This document shows, one piece after another, positions 54,866 through 64,000 of a stretch of DNA of 64,000 nucleotides; the first letter of the stretch is position 1; every line of letters starts with the position of its first letter. Origin of the DNA: Candidimonas sp. (lineage in GTDB: Bacteria > Pseudomonadota > Gammaproteobacteria > Burkholderiales > Burkholderiaceae_B); assembly GCA_004297945.1 (NCBI GenBank), contig SCRC01000006.1:1801-65800 (forward strand), read 5' to 3'. Position numbers and translations under genes: made by a program. Below the pieces are notes generated by a model. It saw only the letters and a program-made list of their open reading frames with translations. It was not told the DNA's origin and did not search any database.

Positions 54866-54893
54866 AGAAAGAGATTTTATAATCGAAAGCCTA

Positions 54894-57800
54894 ATGGCGA
54901 CACATACTACTTTTATCCCCCGGCTTTCTTCCACCAAATCCTTGCTTGCGGCGTTAAAGCCTGGGCGACGTCATGCCCAGCCCACGCCTCCAGGATCGGG
55001 CGACGCATTGCTGCTGGCCGACCTGGCCTGCGCCAGCCAGCAAACGCTGGTTGTGCTGTGCGCCGACCCGCTAACCGCCCAACGCCTGACCGAAGAAATT
55101 CAACTCTTTGCGCCGCCCTTGCGGGTACGACAGTTGCCCGACTGGGAAACCCTGCCCTATGACAGCTTTTCTCCCCACCAGGACCTTATCTCGGAACGCC
55201 TGCGCACGCTGCATGCGTTGATGACCGAGACCGTCGATGTTCTAACTGTCCCTGTCACGACGGCGCTCTATCGCCTGCCGCCACCCTCCTTCCTGGCCGC
55301 CTACACGTTCTCATTCAAGCAAGGCGACAAGCTCGACGAAAACAGCCTGCGCCGTCAACTGACGCTGGCCAACTACACCCATGTCACGCAAGTCACGGCG
55401 CCGGGTGAATTCTGCCTGCGTGGCGGCCTGATCGACCTGTTCCCGATGGGCTCCGTGCTGCCCTACCGCATCGATCTGTTCGACAACGAAATCGAATCGA
55501 TACGCAGCTTCGACATCGACACTCAACGCAGCGTCTATCCCGTCAGGGAGATCCAGCTTTTACCGGGGCGTGAGTTTCCCATGGACGAAACCGCAAGGAA
55601 TAATTTCCGCGCCAGGTTCCGGGAAAAATTCGAAGGCGACCCTTCGCGCGCTACGCCCTACAAGGATATCGGCAGTGGCATTGCCTTTGCAGGTGTCGAA
55701 TACTACCTGCCACTGTTCTTCGAAACGACCGCCACGCTGTTTGACTACCTGCCCGCCAGTACGCTGACGGCCACCGAAGGCAATATCGAGGACGCCATCG
55801 GGCGCTTTCATCAGGACACGCACACCCGCTATCAATTCTTGAAAAGCGACCGTGAACGCCCGGTGCTCGCGCCCTCCGAGCTTTTTCTCGATAGCGAAAC
55901 CTTATTCAACCAGATCAAACCATTTGGCCGCCTGGCGCTGACCAGCGACGCGAATCATCCCGATTTCCTCGTCGCCCCCGACGTCGCCATTGCAAGACGC
56001 GCCGACGATCCGCCGGCCCGCCTGCGCGCACTGCTGGACCAGAATCAGAGCCGGATCGTCTTGTGCGCCGACTCGGCCGGCAGACGCGAAACCCTGCTGC
56101 AGATGCTGAGCGAATTCGGCATCGCCCCGGAAACGCAACCAGAATCCCTGCAAGAGTTCCTGCAATCGGACAGCCGCTTTGGACTCACCGTCGCGCCGCT
56201 GGGTGCGGGCTTCGGCCTGACTCCCGAATCGATTCTGCTGCTCACCGAAAACGATCTCTATCCCAGCCAGGCGCGCAGCACGCGGCGCGGACGGCGCGCC
56301 CAGGAGCACAGCAGCAACGTCGAGGCGATGGTGCGCGATCTGTCCGAACTGCGCGAAGGCAACCCGGTCGTGCATGCCCAGCACGGCATCGGCCGCTATC
56401 ACGGCCTGATCAACATGGATCTGGGCGAAGGCGAGATGGAGTTCCTTCACCTTCAGTACGCCAACGGCAGTACGCTCTACGTCCCCGTCGCACAATTGCA
56501 CGTTATTTCACGCTACAGCGGCGCCGATCCAGACGCGGCTCCTTTGCACCAGCTCGGCTCGGGCCAATGGGACAAGGCGCGCCGCAAAGCCGCGCGGCAA
56601 GTGCGCGATGCAGCCGCCGAGCTTCTGGCCCTGTATGCGCAACGTGCGATGCGTGAAGGCTATGCCTTCAAGATGCCTGCCAACGATTATCAGGCCTTTG
56701 TGGAAGGCTTCGGATTTGAAGAAACGCCCGATCAGGCAGCGGCTATCGAAGCAGTCATCGGCGACATGACCTCGGGCCGCCCCATGGACAGGCTGGTCTG
56801 CGGCGATGTCGGCTTTGGCAAGACCGAAGTCGCCTTGCGCGCGGCGTTTCTCGCCGTACTCAATGGCAAACAGGTCGCCCTGCTTTGCCCCACGACACTG
56901 CTGGCCGAACAGCACGCCCAAACATTTTCCGACCGTTTTGCCGACTGGCCCGTCAAGGTCGTCGAGTTGTCCCGTTTTCGCTCTGGCAAGGAAATCAACG
57001 CCGCCATTCAAGGGCTGCAGGCCGGGCAAGTCGACATCGTTATCGGCACTCACAAAATCCTGTCCAAAGACGTTAAATTCAAGCGCCTGGGCCTGGTGAT
57101 CATCGATGAGGAACATCGTTTCGGCGTCCGGCAAAAAGAATCGCTCAAGGCCTTGCGCGCCGAGGTCGACGTGCTGACCCTCACCGCCACGCCTATCCCT
57201 CGCACCCTGGGCATGTCGCTCGAAGGCATACGCGATTTTTCAGTCATCGCGACGGCACCGCAAAAACGCCTGGCCATCAAGACCTTCGTACGTCGCGAAG
57301 ACGGCAGCACCATACGCGAAGCACTATTGCGCGAGCTTAAACGCGGTGGCCAAGTCTACTTCCTGCATAACGAAGTCGAGACCATCCACAATCGCCGCGC
57401 CAAACTCGAAGAGCTGGTGCCCGAAGCGCGCATCGCCGTCGCCCACGGGCAAATGCCCGAGCGCGAGCTTGAAGACGTCATGAAAGGGTTTTATCAGCAG
57501 CGCTACAACGTTTTGCTGTGCACCACGATTATCGAAACCGGCATCGACGTGCCGACGGCCAATACCATCGTGATTCATCGCGCCGATCGCCTGGGGCTCG
57601 CACAACTGCATCAACTGCGCGGCCGCGTCGGACGCTCGCACCACCAGGCCTATGCCTACTTGCTCACGCCCGGCGAAGATGCCATCACCGGCAATGCCAA
57701 GAAACGTCTCGAAGCCATCCAGGCAATGGAAGAACTAGGCTCGGGTTTTTACCTGGCCATGCACGACCTGGAAATACGCGGAACCGGCGAAGTTTTAGGC

Positions 57801-58352
57801 GAATCCCAGTCAGGAAATATCCATGAAATCGGCTTTTCCATGTACGCCGAGATGCTCAATACCGCCGTACGCGCCCTGAAAGCTGGCGAAGAACCTGATC
57901 TGGAATCTCCCTTTGCCGTGGCGTGCGAGGTCAATCTGCATGCCTCGGCCCTGCTGCCGGCCGACTACTGTGCCGATGTCCATGCTCGCCTTGGCTTATA
58001 CAAAAGACTATCACACGCCCACCACGAAGATGAACTGATCCTCATCCAGGAAGAACTGATCGATCGCTACGGCAAACTGCCAGAGGCCGCGCAAACCCTG
58101 CTCGCCACGCACCGCCTGCGACTGATTGCCGAACCCATCGGTGTCATCAAAATCGACGCCAGCGAAAGCCAGGCAATGATCCAGTTCTCCGCCAAACCGA
58201 ATATCGACCCCTTGCGCATCATCGAACTGGTGCAAAAACAAAGACAGATAAAACTGGCCGGCCAAGACAAGCTGCGAATCGAAATCGCACAAGGCCAGCA
58301 AATCGTCGCCCGCATCGACACCGTGCGCAACATCTTGCGGGCTCTACAATGA
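54894..58352 (+). CDS. mfd: transcription-repair coupling factor
   Basis: LPYD, CarD-like domain, GDVGFGKT, DEEH, QLRGRVGR, TRCF domain; start ATG 54894. Confidence 0.96.
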   Translation: MATHTTFIPRLSSTKSLLAALKPGRRHAQPTPPGSGDALLLADLACASQQTLVVLCADPLTAQRLTEEIQLFAPPLRVRQLPDWETLPYDSFSPHQDLISERLRTLHALMTETVDVLTVPVTTALYRLPPPSFLAAYTFSFKQGDKLDENSLRRQLTLANYTHVTQVTAPGEFCLRGGLIDLFPMGSVLPYRIDLFDNEIESIRSFDIDTQRSVYPVREIQLLPGREFPMDETARNNFRARFREKFEGDPSRATPYKDIGSGIAFAGVEYYLPLFFETTATLFDYLPASTLTATEGNIEDAIGRFHQDTHTRYQFLKSDRERPVLAPSELFLDSETLFNQIKPFGRLALTSDANHPDFLVAPDVAIARRADDPPARLRALLDQNQSRIVLCADSAGRRETLLQMLSEFGIAPETQPESLQEFLQSDSRFGLTVAPLGAGFGLTPESILLLTENDLYPSQARSTRRGRRAQEHSSNVEAMVRDLSELREGNPVVHAQHGIGRYHGLINMDLGEGEMEFLHLQYANGSTLYVPVAQLHVISRYSGADPDAAPLHQLGSGQWDKARRKAARQVRDAAAELLALYAQRAMREGYAFKMPANDYQAFVEGFGFEETPDQAAAIEAVIGDMTSGRPMDRLVCGDVGFGKTEVALRAAFLAVLNGKQVALLCPTTLLAEQHAQTFSDRFADWPVKVVELSRFRSGKEINAAIQGLQAGQVDIVIGTHKILSKDVKFKRLGLVIIDEEHRFGVRQKESLKALRAEVDVLTLTATPIPRTLGMSLEGIRDFSVIATAPQKRLAIKTFVRREDGSTIREALLRELKRGGQVYFLHNEVETIHNRRAKLEELVPEARIAVAHGQMPERELEDVMKGFYQQRYNVLLCTTIIETGIDVPTANTIVIHRADRLGLAQLHQLRGRVGRSHHQAYAYLLTPGEDAITGNAKKRLEAIQAMEELGSGFYLAMHDLEIRGTGEVLGESQSGNIHEIGFSMYAEMLNTAVRALKAGEEPDLESPFAVACEVNLHASALLPADYCADVHARLGLYKRLSHAHHEDELILIQEELIDRYGKLPEAAQTLLATHRLRLIAEPIGVIKIDASESQAMIQFSAKPNIDPLRIIELVQKQRQIKLAGQDKLRIEIAQGQQIVARIDTVRNILRALQ

Positions 58353-58422
58353 CTGTAGGTGGCTTGGGCGGATCCGTATCAACGCGCACCGGCCTCCAAT
58401 TGCCCTTTTCATCTCTAAATTC

Positions 58423-59268
58423 ATGACACACCTAGTACTCCAAGCCCCCAACCTCGACGCAGCCAAGATCGAAAAACTCGCCGCCATCGCGGTTGCAAGC
58501 GGCCTGCAAAACCTTGGCCATACCGCAGCGCGACTGCTCAATGTCGACATCACCACACGCGCCGAACTGGCCCAGTGCTGCAACGAACTACAGGTGGACT
58601 TTGCTTACATCGAGCACTTCGTTCGCCTGCGCGACTGCAAGGTTCTCGCCACCGATATGGATTCGACCCTGATCAACATCGAATGCATAGACGAAATCGC
58701 CGACATGGCCGGGCGCAAGGCCCAAGTCGCCGCCATCACCGAGGCCGCCATGCGTGGCGAAATCACCGACTTCGCCGAAAGCCTCAGGCGCCGAGTGGCC
58801 TTGCTCAAAGGCGTTCCCATTACAGCGCTGGAACGCGTATATCAAGAACGTCTACGGCTCAATCCAGGCGCCGAAAGCCTGATCACCGCAGCGAAAGCGG
58901 CGGGCCTGAAAATCATGCTGGTATCGGGCGGCTTCACCTTCTTCACCGACCGTCTGCAACAACGCTTAGGAATCGATGCGGCTCACTCCAATGTACTGGA
59001 TATCGACAACGGCGTCCTCACCGGCCGCGTTTTGGGCGACATCGTCGATGCCCAGGCCAAGGCCAATCACTTGCAAGCCCTGGCGCAAAGCGTGCAAGCC
59101 AGCCCCGAACAAATCATCGCCCTGGGCGACGGCGCGAACGACCTGAAAATGCTGGCGCTGGCTCACTACGGTGTCGCCTACCGCGCCAAGCCCATCGTGC
59201 GCGCGCAAACCCCTTTCGCCCTGAATTTCAGCGGCCTGGATGGCGTATTGAATTGGTTTCGCGGCTAA
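58423..59268 (+). CDS. serB: phosphoserine phosphatase
   Basis: DMDSTLI, ECID, VSGGF, GDGANDL. Confidence 0.94.
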   Translation: MTHLVLQAPNLDAAKIEKLAAIAVASGLQNLGHTAARLLNVDITTRAELAQCCNELQVDFAYIEHFVRLRDCKVLATDMDSTLINIECIDEIADMAGRKAQVAAITEAAMRGEITDFAESLRRRVALLKGVPITALERVYQERLRLNPGAESLITAAKAAGLKIMLVSGGFTFFTDRLQQRLGIDAAHSNVLDIDNGVLTGRVLGDIVDAQAKANHLQALAQSVQASPEQIIALGDGANDLKMLALAHYGVAYRAKPIVRAQTPFALNFSGLDGVLNWFRG

Positions 59269-59282
59269 TCAACAGCCCGCAG

Positions 59283-59455
59283 CGATGGCAGCCCTTGTGG
59301 CTGCCATCGGCGTTCTAAAAATCCCACGACGGTCATCGACGATCTCGTCAACATCCACGACGCGGGGAAAGAAGGTTTTAACCAACGTTTGGGACGATGC
59401 CGGTCTACCGTAACGCCACCGGCTGCGAATGCCACCCACAAGGGGTGGCGCTACA
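59283..59455. mobile_element. third REP-bracketed element
   Basis: REP B hairpin 59283-59309, inverted type D REP 59430-59455, internal 26-mer identical to 23053-23078. Confidence 0.55.
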
Positions 59456-59469
59456 AGTGTATCGCTACC

Positions 59470-60021
59470 CTACTCCGGATAGGTCTCGTTGATTCTGCGG
59501 TTGCGCATGAGGTAGCGGAAAACAAAACCGGGGTAGCCCAGAACCAGAAACAGGCAGAGGGTAATGACGTAGAACTCCCAGGTCTGGTGAAAACTATTGC
59601 CGATATTGGCTTCGAAAGAGAATCCCAGCATGCCCACCAGCCAGTAAAAAACCAATACCTCAATCAGGCGCGCCAAAAATGACTTTTTTACCACGCAGCC
59701 CTTATTGCGCCACCCGGCATAGCCCAGCAAAGCCGCAGCAATCACAAAAAAAGCCACCAGCTTAAGCAGAAACAAGGCCACCGATACCTCGCTCGACCCA
59801 CTGAAAAAGGCGCGTCCTATCAAAAGCAAGGCTCCGTATCCCAGCGCCGCCAGCAAACAAAAAAGCACCAACGATTCAATCCAGCGCAGCCAGCTCGCCC
59901 GTGACGGCTCACCTGACTGCGTCCATGGCAGCGCCAAAAAAGGCCGCTCCACGACAAAAGGCAAATTGGCTGTGACTAGCGCCAGCACTACAAGTATCCA
60001 TACGGCCGACGACTGATCCAT
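59470..60021 (-). CDS. DUF2818-like membrane protein
   Basis: ANLPF, QTWEFY, PGFVFRYL; downstream of nuoN. Confidence 0.8.
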   Translation of the reverse strand: MDQSSAVWILVVLALVTANLPFVVERPFLALPWTQSGEPSRASWLRWIESLVLFCLLAALGYGALLLIGRAFFSGSSEVSVALFLLKLVAFFVIAAALLGYAGWRNKGCVVKKSFLARLIEVLVFYWLVGMLGFSFEANIGNSFHQTWEFYVITLCLFLVLGYPGFVFRYLMRNRRINETYPE

Positions 60022-60104
60022 TCCTTTCTCTAAGCCTCGTTAAATCTTTGATTTTAAAAACCGAATGCCTCGTCAAGCGGCCGCCTGCCCGCCATCAGCG
60101 CCAT

Positions 60105-61595
60105 TCAAAACTTCAGGGACTGCTCAACAACCTTGACGCACAGCGCCATCAGGCCGCCGGGCAAAATCCCCAAGGCCAGCAGCAGCAAACCGTTAACCGA
60201 CATCAGACCGCGTGTGATGAAGCCATTATTGCTTTGCGCGGCAACCACCTCATCGTCGGGCTCCTCAAAATAAGCCACCTTGACGACACGCAAATAGAAA
60301 AACGCGCCAATCAGGGAAAACATGACCGCGACGACCGCGACCACCACATGGTCGGCGCCCACCAACACCTGCAGCACGCTGAGCTTGGCGTAAAACCCTG
60401 CAAAGGGGGGAATTCCCGCCAGCGAAAACATCGACGCCAGCAACGCCCCGGCCATCACCGGATTACGGCGATTAAGCCCTTTGAGATCGGCGATTTCTTC
60501 GCACTCGAAACCCTTGCGGCTAAGCAACACAACGATACCGAACGTGATGGACGTGGAAAACACATAAATCAACAGATAAAACAGCGATACGCCGTAGGCC
60601 TTTTCAATCGCCCCCGCGTGGCCCGCCAATACACCCGACAACAGGCCCAGAAACACATAGCCCATGTGGGAAATCATTGAATACGCCAGCATGCGCTTGA
60701 AATTGGTTTGTGCAATCGCCACCACATTGCCAACGCCCAAGGACAACACCGCCAGAATCAGCAACATCGGTTGCCAATCGAGCGCAATGCCATGCAAGCC
60801 CTCCGCCAGCAGGCGCAGGATTACGGCAAAAGCCGCCACATAGGGGCTTGTCCCCAAAACCAGGGTGACGGCCGTGGGCGAACCCTGGTAAACATCGGGC
60901 ACCCACATATGAAACGGCACCACGCCCATCTTGAAGGCAAACGCCGCCACAATAAATACCACGCCAAACACCAGAGGCATGCGCTGGGCATGACCGCTGG
61001 CGATCACCTGCGCAATCTGACGCAGATCGAGCGCTCCGGTGGCGCCATAGATCATCGACATCCCGTACAGCAAGATGCCCGACGCCAACGCCCCAAGCAC
61101 GAAATATTTCATCGCCGCCTCGGTCGCCGCCACGCTTTCACGACGCAGCGCCACCAAGGCGTACAAGGCAAACGACATCAGCTCTATGCCCAGGTAAACG
61201 GTCAGCATGTTGCCGGCCGAAATCATGACCATTTGTCCGAGCAGCGTCAACAGGCTCAGGCAATAGAATTCGCCGCCATTTTGCAGAACATCGTTTTGCT
61301 CGGCGTAATCGCGGCCATAGATCAGCACGACGGCCACAACAAGGTATGACGCGATCTTCATCAGGTGCGATAAAGAGTCGGCCACATACAGGCCATCGAA
61401 CGCGCGACCGGAAACACCCGCGTGCCACTGCCACAGCGACACCAGGGTCATGAGCAACAGCGAGCCGATGGTAAGCAGAAACGTCAAACGACGCTCTTGC
61501 GTTTTATTGAAAGCATCGACCAGCAACACGACAACCGACAAGATCAGAAGCAGAATCTCGGGGGTCGCCAGGGCTATTTGAAAGGGAATATGCAT
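60105..61595 (-). CDS. nuoN: NADH-quinone oxidoreductase subunit N
   Basis: [33 protein letters not shown]. Confidence 0.96.
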   Translation of the reverse strand: MHIPFQIALATPEILLLILSVVVLLVDAFNKTQERRLTFLLTIGSLLLMTLVSLWQWHAGVSGRAFDGLYVADSLSHLMKIASYLVVAVVLIYGRDYAEQNDVLQNGGEFYCLSLLTLLGQMVMISAGNMLTVYLGIELMSFALYALVALRRESVAATEAAMKYFVLGALASGILLYGMSMIYGATGALDLRQIAQVIASGHAQRMPLVFGVVFIVAAFAFKMGVVPFHMWVPDVYQGSPTAVTLVLGTSPYVAAFAVILRLLAEGLHGIALDWQPMLLILAVLSLGVGNVVAIAQTNFKRMLAYSMISHMGYVFLGLLSGVLAGHAGAIEKAYGVSLFYLLIYVFSTSITFGIVVLLSRKGFECEEIADLKGLNRRNPVMAGALLASMFSLAGIPPFAGFYAKLSVLQVLVGADHVVVAVVAVMFSLIGAFFYLRVVKVAYFEEPDDEVVAAQSNNGFITRGLMSVNGLLLLALGILPGGLMALCVKVVEQSLKF

Positions 61596-61607
61596 AATGA
61601 GGCCGGC

Positions 61608-63107
61608 CTACAGTTTCGAGATAGAGACGTGGTGCAACAAGGCCTGTACCGACACGTGCATGACATCTGTAAAAGGTTTGGGATAAATCCCCATGAACAA
61701 TACCGTGACCGCCATAAGCCCCATGATGAAAAATTCGCGGCCGCTCAGATCTTTCATGGCCTTGACCCGATCATTGGCAATCGGACCGAGAGCCACTCGC
61801 TTGAGCATCCACAACGAATAGGACGCGCCCCAGATCAGAGCCGTGGCCGCCAGCAATCCGATCCAGAAGTTATGTTCTACCGCGCCCATGATGACCGTGA
61901 ACTCGCCCACGAAGCCACTGGTGCCGGGCAAGCCGGAATTGGCCATGGAAAACAGCACAAAGAAGGTGACGAACCGCGGCATGGTGTTGATGACGCCGCC
62001 GTAATCGGCAATGCGGCGCGTATGCATCCGGTCGTACAACACGCCGATGCACAGGAACATGGCGGCCGACACGAAGCCGTGCGAAATCATCTGCACGATT
62101 GCGCCCTCAAGGCCTGCCGTATTGAAGATGAAAAAGCCCAGCGTGACAAAACCCATATGCGCCACCGACGAATACGCCACGAGCTTTTTCATATCGTCCT
62201 GAACAATCGCCACCAGACCAATGTAGATCACGGCCACAATCGACAAGGCAATCATCAGGCCGGCCAGGCTGTGCGAGGCGTCGGGCGCAATAGGCAGGGA
62301 AAATCGCATGAACCCGTATGCACCCAGCTTGAGCATGATGGCGGCCAGCACGACCGACCCGCCCGTGGGCGCTTCAACGTGCGCATCGGGCAGCCACGTA
62401 TGCACCGGCCACATCGGTATTTTCACCGCAAACGACGCCAGCAGGGCCACAAAGATCAGAATCTGCGGCGTAAAGCCCAGCTTCGTCTGCTGCCAGGTCA
62501 TGATGTCGAAGGAACCGCCCGAAGCGTGCCACAGATAAATAAACGCGATGAGGGTCAGCAGGGAGCCCAGCAAGGTGTACAGGAAGAACTTGAACGCCGC
62601 ATAGACGCGGTTAGGCCCGCCCCAGGCACCGATAATGATGTACATCGGGATTAGCGTGGCTTCAAAAAACACGTAGAACAGCATGCCATCGAGCGCCGCA
62701 AATACGCCTATCATGAAGCCCGACAAAATCAGGAAAGCCGCCATGTACTGCGCCACGCGCTGGGTAATGGATTGCCAGCCGGCCAGCACCACTATTACCG
62801 TTATAAACGACGTGAGCAGCACAAACCAGAGAGAAATTCCGTCAATGCCCAAATGGTAATTAATGGCAAAGGTGCTGATCCAGGGAACATTCTCGACAAA
62901 CTGCATGTCGGCCGTGGTCACATCGAACCCCGCGTACAAGGGCAGCGTTACCAAGAACCCCAGCACCGCGCCGGCCAGGGCCAGCTTGCGCGTGAATTCA
63001 GGGCGATCATCGCGGCCCAGCAGCAGAACCAGCAGGCCGGCCACGATCGGTACAAAGATCGAAAGCGTGAGCCAGGGAAGAGTAGAAGACGCCATATCGC
63101 TAGCCAT
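61608..63107 (-). CDS. nuoM: NADH-quinone oxidoreductase subunit M
   Basis: FFEATLIP, HTWLPDAHVEAP, YSSVAHMG; start overlaps the nuoL stop. Confidence 0.96.
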   Translation of the reverse strand: MASDMASSTLPWLTLSIFVPIVAGLLVLLLGRDDRPEFTRKLALAGAVLGFLVTLPLYAGFDVTTADMQFVENVPWISTFAINYHLGIDGISLWFVLLTSFITVIVVLAGWQSITQRVAQYMAAFLILSGFMIGVFAALDGMLFYVFFEATLIPMYIIIGAWGGPNRVYAAFKFFLYTLLGSLLTLIAFIYLWHASGGSFDIMTWQQTKLGFTPQILIFVALLASFAVKIPMWPVHTWLPDAHVEAPTGGSVVLAAIMLKLGAYGFMRFSLPIAPDASHSLAGLMIALSIVAVIYIGLVAIVQDDMKKLVAYSSVAHMGFVTLGFFIFNTAGLEGAIVQMISHGFVSAAMFLCIGVLYDRMHTRRIADYGGVINTMPRFVTFFVLFSMANSGLPGTSGFVGEFTVIMGAVEHNFWIGLLAATALIWGASYSLWMLKRVALGPIANDRVKAMKDLSGREFFIMGLMAVTVLFMGIYPKPFTDVMHVSVQALLHHVSISKL

Positions 63108-64000
63108 CAGTGAACCGTGAGCACGAAAAAGGTTATAAGAGCCATGACGCCAATGATCATCGCAAATGCATAGTGGTAGATAAAACCGGACTGAGCCAGC
63201 CGGCCTACCGCCGCCGCCCAGCCTACCAGGCGCGCGCTGCCGTTCACAAAACCGTCGATCAGGCCGCGATCGCCGCCCTGCCACAAGCCGCGACCCAGGG
63301 CACGCGCGCCGCGTGCCAGCACCTGTTCGTTAAACCAATCGGCATAGTATTTGTGCACCAGCACCGTATTGAGCCCCGACAGGCTGCGCTGTATGGCGGC
63401 CGGCACCTTGGGATTGATCAGGTAGCAGTACCAGGCCACGACCAGGCCGGCGATCATCAACCAGAACGCGGTCGATGTAAATCCGTGCAGACCGTAGGCG
63501 ACCCATCCGTGCCAATGCTCGGCCAGATCGGCCATGGCCGGGTGCTGCGGCAAGACGGAAATTGAGTTTTTAAAGTAGCCGCCAAAGAGCAGCGGATCGA
63601 TAAACATCGCCCCGGCTACCACGGATGGAATAGCCAGCAAGATCAGGGGTATCGTGACCACCCAGGGCGACTCGCGCGGCGGGCCGCCATGATGATCATC
63701 GTGTTCGCCGTGCGCGTGACCCGCTTCCGCCTCATCAGAGTGATGCGCCTTGCGGAAATTTTCCTTGCCATGAAAAACCAGGAAATACACGCGGAACGAG
63801 TACAGCGAGGTCACGAACACCCCGATCAGCGTCGAGTAATAGGCAAAGCCAGCACCCCAGATCGTAGCGGCGCCTGCGGCTTCGATAATATGCTCTTTGG
63901 AGTAGAAGCCGGCAAAAAACGGCGTGCCCACCAGCGCCAGCGTCGCCAGCAAAAAGGTAATGGCGGTTATTGGCATGTATTTGCCCAAGCCCCCCATATG
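63107..64000 (-). CDS. nuoL: NADH-quinone oxidoreductase subunit L (5' truncated by window end)
   Basis: MGGL, GFYSKE, ESP, QSGFIYHY. Confidence 0.93.
   Translation of the reverse strand, partial: HMGGLGKYMPITAITFLLATLALVGTPFFAGFYSKEHIIEAAGAATIWGAGFAYYSTLIGVFVTSLYSFRVYFLVFHGKENFRKAHHSDEAEAGHAHGEHDDHHGGPPRESPWVVTIPLILLAIPSVVAGAMFIDPLLFGGYFKNSISVLPQHPAMADLAEHWHGWVAYGLHGFTSTAFWLMIAGLVVAWYCYLINPKVPAAIQRSLSGLNTVLVHKYYADWFNEQVLARGARALGRGLWQGGDRGLIDGFVNGSARLVGWAAAVGRLAQSGFIYHYAFAMIIGVMALITFFVLTVH

Overview
Core-genome segment (about 60% GC by eye) of a betaproteobacterium, most likely Alcaligenaceae (Bordetella/Pusillimonas-like gene set and order, including an OmpR/EnvZ-type risA-risS pair next to ahpC-ahpD). 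It encodes about 52 mostly housekeeping genes: yceD-rpmF-plsX-fabH-fabD-fabG, maf, an amidase, msrPQ, rluC/rne, trpBA-accD, relA, pncB, phaZ, rsxB-nth, two Liv-type ABC transporters, msrB-yciB-bolA-PPIase, smc-zipA-ligA, lplT, tsaB-rimI/udg, ispDF, mfd, serB and nuoLMN. I found no tRNA, rRNA, transposase, prophage or CRISPR-Cas. The unexplained structure lies in a dense GTAG-type REP family (about 28 copies; TGTAGC + 7-bp stem + CTTGT loop + 7-bp stem; four covarying stem variants). These REPs form conserved doublets (REPIN-like), tandem arrays and GTAG-end stutters. They are translated inside several protein termini, and they bracket three larger, highly folded cargo segments (22.6-23.1, 31.3-31.7 and 59.3-59.5 kb) that share motifs pairwise. 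Other oddities: a relay of ATGA-coupled pentapeptide mini-ORFs between rsxB and nth, a REP-flanked PRTase-HAD fusion gene, a bidirectional -10 element between ispD and mfd, an OxyR-like site inside risS, and a consensus sigmaE promoter upstream of msrP. All calls come from reading the sequence; no database search was run.
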